Below, piece by piece: positions 61,725-64,000 of a stretch of DNA of 64,000 nucleotides. The stretch is from NCBI RefSeq assembly GCF_016433145.1, contig NC_058131.1, positions 404,004,893 to 404,068,892 on the forward strand. The letters are read 5' to 3'. The position numbers were made by a program, and so were the translations under genes. The DNA comes from Gracilinanus agilis (Eukaryota). The notes below the pieces were generated by a model that did no database searches, was not told the DNA's origin, and worked only from the letters and a program-made list of their open reading frames with translations. Positions within the stretch are counted from its first letter, which is position 1. Every line of letters begins with the position of its first letter.

Positions 61725-64000
61725 TTAAGCTTCTTTCTTTTGCCTGCGATCTTCTGCCATTTTATTCAGAAATTTCTGGTGGGGGAAAAAAAATGATACT
61801 AATTTAGGGATATAAAGTTTTCTCTAAGTTAGCAAGACTAAAAAAACAATTGTAAATATTTTAACTAATTTTTTGGATATTAAAATATCATTTCAGACAT
61901 CTCTGTAATAGACTAATGTAACCATTGCAAATACTGGGTAAATGGACCAGGTAAGTATTGTGATAAGTAGAAAGTATGAATTTAGTACATTTTGGCTCAC
62001 CAGGACCCCCAATTTATAGGATTAAAGAACAAGGCACTAAAAATAATGAAAGCAAATTAGCAGTGCCTTAAAGTATAAAAATTATTTTAAAAATTCTAGA
62101 CCAATAACTTATTCACTAGACTAAGCTATAAACTAAAATAGTTGATTACGTCACAGAATACTTTGTCCATACATACTACATCCTGAATACTGTCACGTTT
62201 AACAATGCATAGTGAAATAAAACTATGACTATACATAAAATGTATAAATAAGTGTGCCCACTATTGCAAAAAAACTCAACATACAAAAGTGGTTCAAAAA
62301 TAATATACCAGGGGGCAACTGGGTGGCTCAGCCAGGTCCATTGATGGGACCTTCAAATCTGGCCTCAAAGACATTTCCTAGCTGTGTGACTCTGGGCAAA
62401 TCACTTAACCCCCACTGCCTAGCCCTTACTGCTCTTCTGCCTTAGAGCCAATAGACAGTATTGATTCTAAGACAGAAGGTAAGGGTTTAAATACTACTAT
62501 CAATAACAACAATAATATGCCAAACCCATTAAGTCTACCTTATTCAATAAAACCTAAGTGTGGACTTATATCTGATTTGTTTCAGCATGCATTTACAAAT
62601 TGATGAAATCTCCTTTGAGGATTGCTGTCTATTTTAGCTCAATACTTAAAATCAATTCTTCTCAATAAGCTGCCATTCCCCATTACAAGGTGGTCCAGAA
62701 TAATAAGTAGTTAATGAAATTCCAATAAACTGGAACATGGATGAAACATAGGTCCATTTCTAAAATTCCATATTTACTTCAGGCAGAAAATGTCGACTCC
62801 AACTTTAACCTACCAAAATGCTATTATTCAAAAAATATCAACACAATAAAAATTTTGGTAAAGCTGTATGAAATTGTATCCATTTTATTGACATTTTAAT
62901 TTCCAGTGAAATTAACCAGCATTTAAAATTTATATACTAGGTTTTCTTACTAACAGCTCAAATTTTAAAAGAATCTTCTATTTGCCTACTTTGATTTCAA
63001 ATAATTGTTTCCTTGGTTTTATTAAAGGGGAACATTCTTACACTCTTAGGTTTGCTTTCATTTGCTTTCCTAGAATGACAATTCTAACTTTTTTCAAGCT
63101 TTTGAAGAAATCTGACAGCTATGGTATTAGAAGAACTCAACATCGTTAACTATTCAAATTGCCATATAACATTAAATGCTGGATTGGTCTCTCAATGTTC
63201 GTTGCCAACACTGTAAAAAACGTCATTTCATTCATTTTGGGTCTGAATTGTGTACCAAAAACTACCTTTAGCTTTGGAAATGAATAAAAACAATTTTTTA
63301 ATGTACATGTTTTAGAGCTAAGGTCTTTATTTGAGACTTAGAAGTAATTTCCATATGCTAAATATCACTCAATAATACTATAATAATTAGTATTTCAGTT
63401 GGCTAGTTCCCCATCCCAATTTTCCTTGTTTTACCTTTAATTTCTGATAATGAGGCAAGCTGCTGCAGTGAGTATTTTTTGCAACTTCCTCATTAGTGTA
63501 GAAGAGAGAACAAAGTTTACAGTAAAATCCTGTCTTAGGTATCACATAGTCTATGCCTAGGGGGAAAAAACACAAAGAATCTTAACCACAGGCAATTTTC
63601 ATTATTTAGCATTACCTATATAATCAAAATTACACCGAGTAATGTACTCCTTGAGAATTGATATCTTTTAAGTAAGCTGTAAAGCAACGTTAAAGAAAAT
63701 TTATCAAAAAAAAAAAAAAGACATGGCACAAAGTCCCATAGAACTTCAAGTCTCAAGTAAAAGACTTAATGCCAAGAGAGCAGCACAATCCAGAACAAGT
63801 TTTGAGACATCCTGAGAAAAGTAGGTAAGTTTATAATGACAAAGAGTAGGTGTGTACACAACAGATCAGAACAAGGAAAAATATTAAAAACAAAAATAAA
63901 CTCTTCTAAAATAATCTCTATCATTTAAAATTACTTTTACTGGGCTAATATATACTCAAGAAAAATTCAGTTCTCACCAACAGGAACATTGGGTTGATAT
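61725..64000 (-). CDS. MATR3: Matrin-3, 3' coding end; partial exon 64000-63978, exon 63556-63435, final coding part 61775-61725
   Basis: The spliced translation [64 protein letters not shown] is the second matrin-type zinc finger and C-terminus. Splice sites are canonical and in phase. Confidence 0.96.
62311..62490 (+). mobile_element. SINE1-type element in the last MATR3 intron
   Basis: ggggcaactgggtggctcag ... gaaggtaagggttt. Many further SINE/MIR/L2 fragments occur in the window and are not listed individually. Confidence 0.85.

Noticed and set aside
62539-62759. Possible stop-containing cassette exon in the last MATR3 intron (ttttag|...AAG|gtagac on the minus strand)
   Set aside because: Splice sites are weak and such pairs are frequent in AT-rich introns; no independent support.

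Overview
This is mammalian genomic DNA, not microbial. The SINE, Mar1 and L1 repeat families point to a marsupial, most likely the opossum Monodelphis domestica (inference). The window carries the gene block syntenic to human 5q31.2, in reverse orientation relative to human. In order: the last two coding exons of SPATA24 (+), intronless PROB1 (+), MZB1 (+, 4 exons, 194 aa), SLC23A1/SVCT1 (+, 14 coding exons, 598 aa), PAIP2 (-, last coding exon lost in an N gap) and the 3' end of MATR3 (-). Exon boundaries were read by hand from GT-AG sites and phase continuity. Family assignments rest on recalled protein sequences, not database searches. I see no convincing new biological system, and most ORF-track entries are spurious. 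The best leads are: (1) a TSD-flanked, antisense retrocopy of an unidentified mRNA 3' end in SLC23A1 intron 1; (2) two related hAT MITEs with 8-bp TSDs, one nested in a SINE and one in an L1; (3) an assembly gap that hides the expected PAM2-encoding exon of PAIP2; (4) a B-cell/UPR motif cluster and an ERSE-like element at MZB1; (5) an L1 lacking most of ORF2; (6) an in-frame GCG/poly-Ala leader upstream of the PROB1 ATG.
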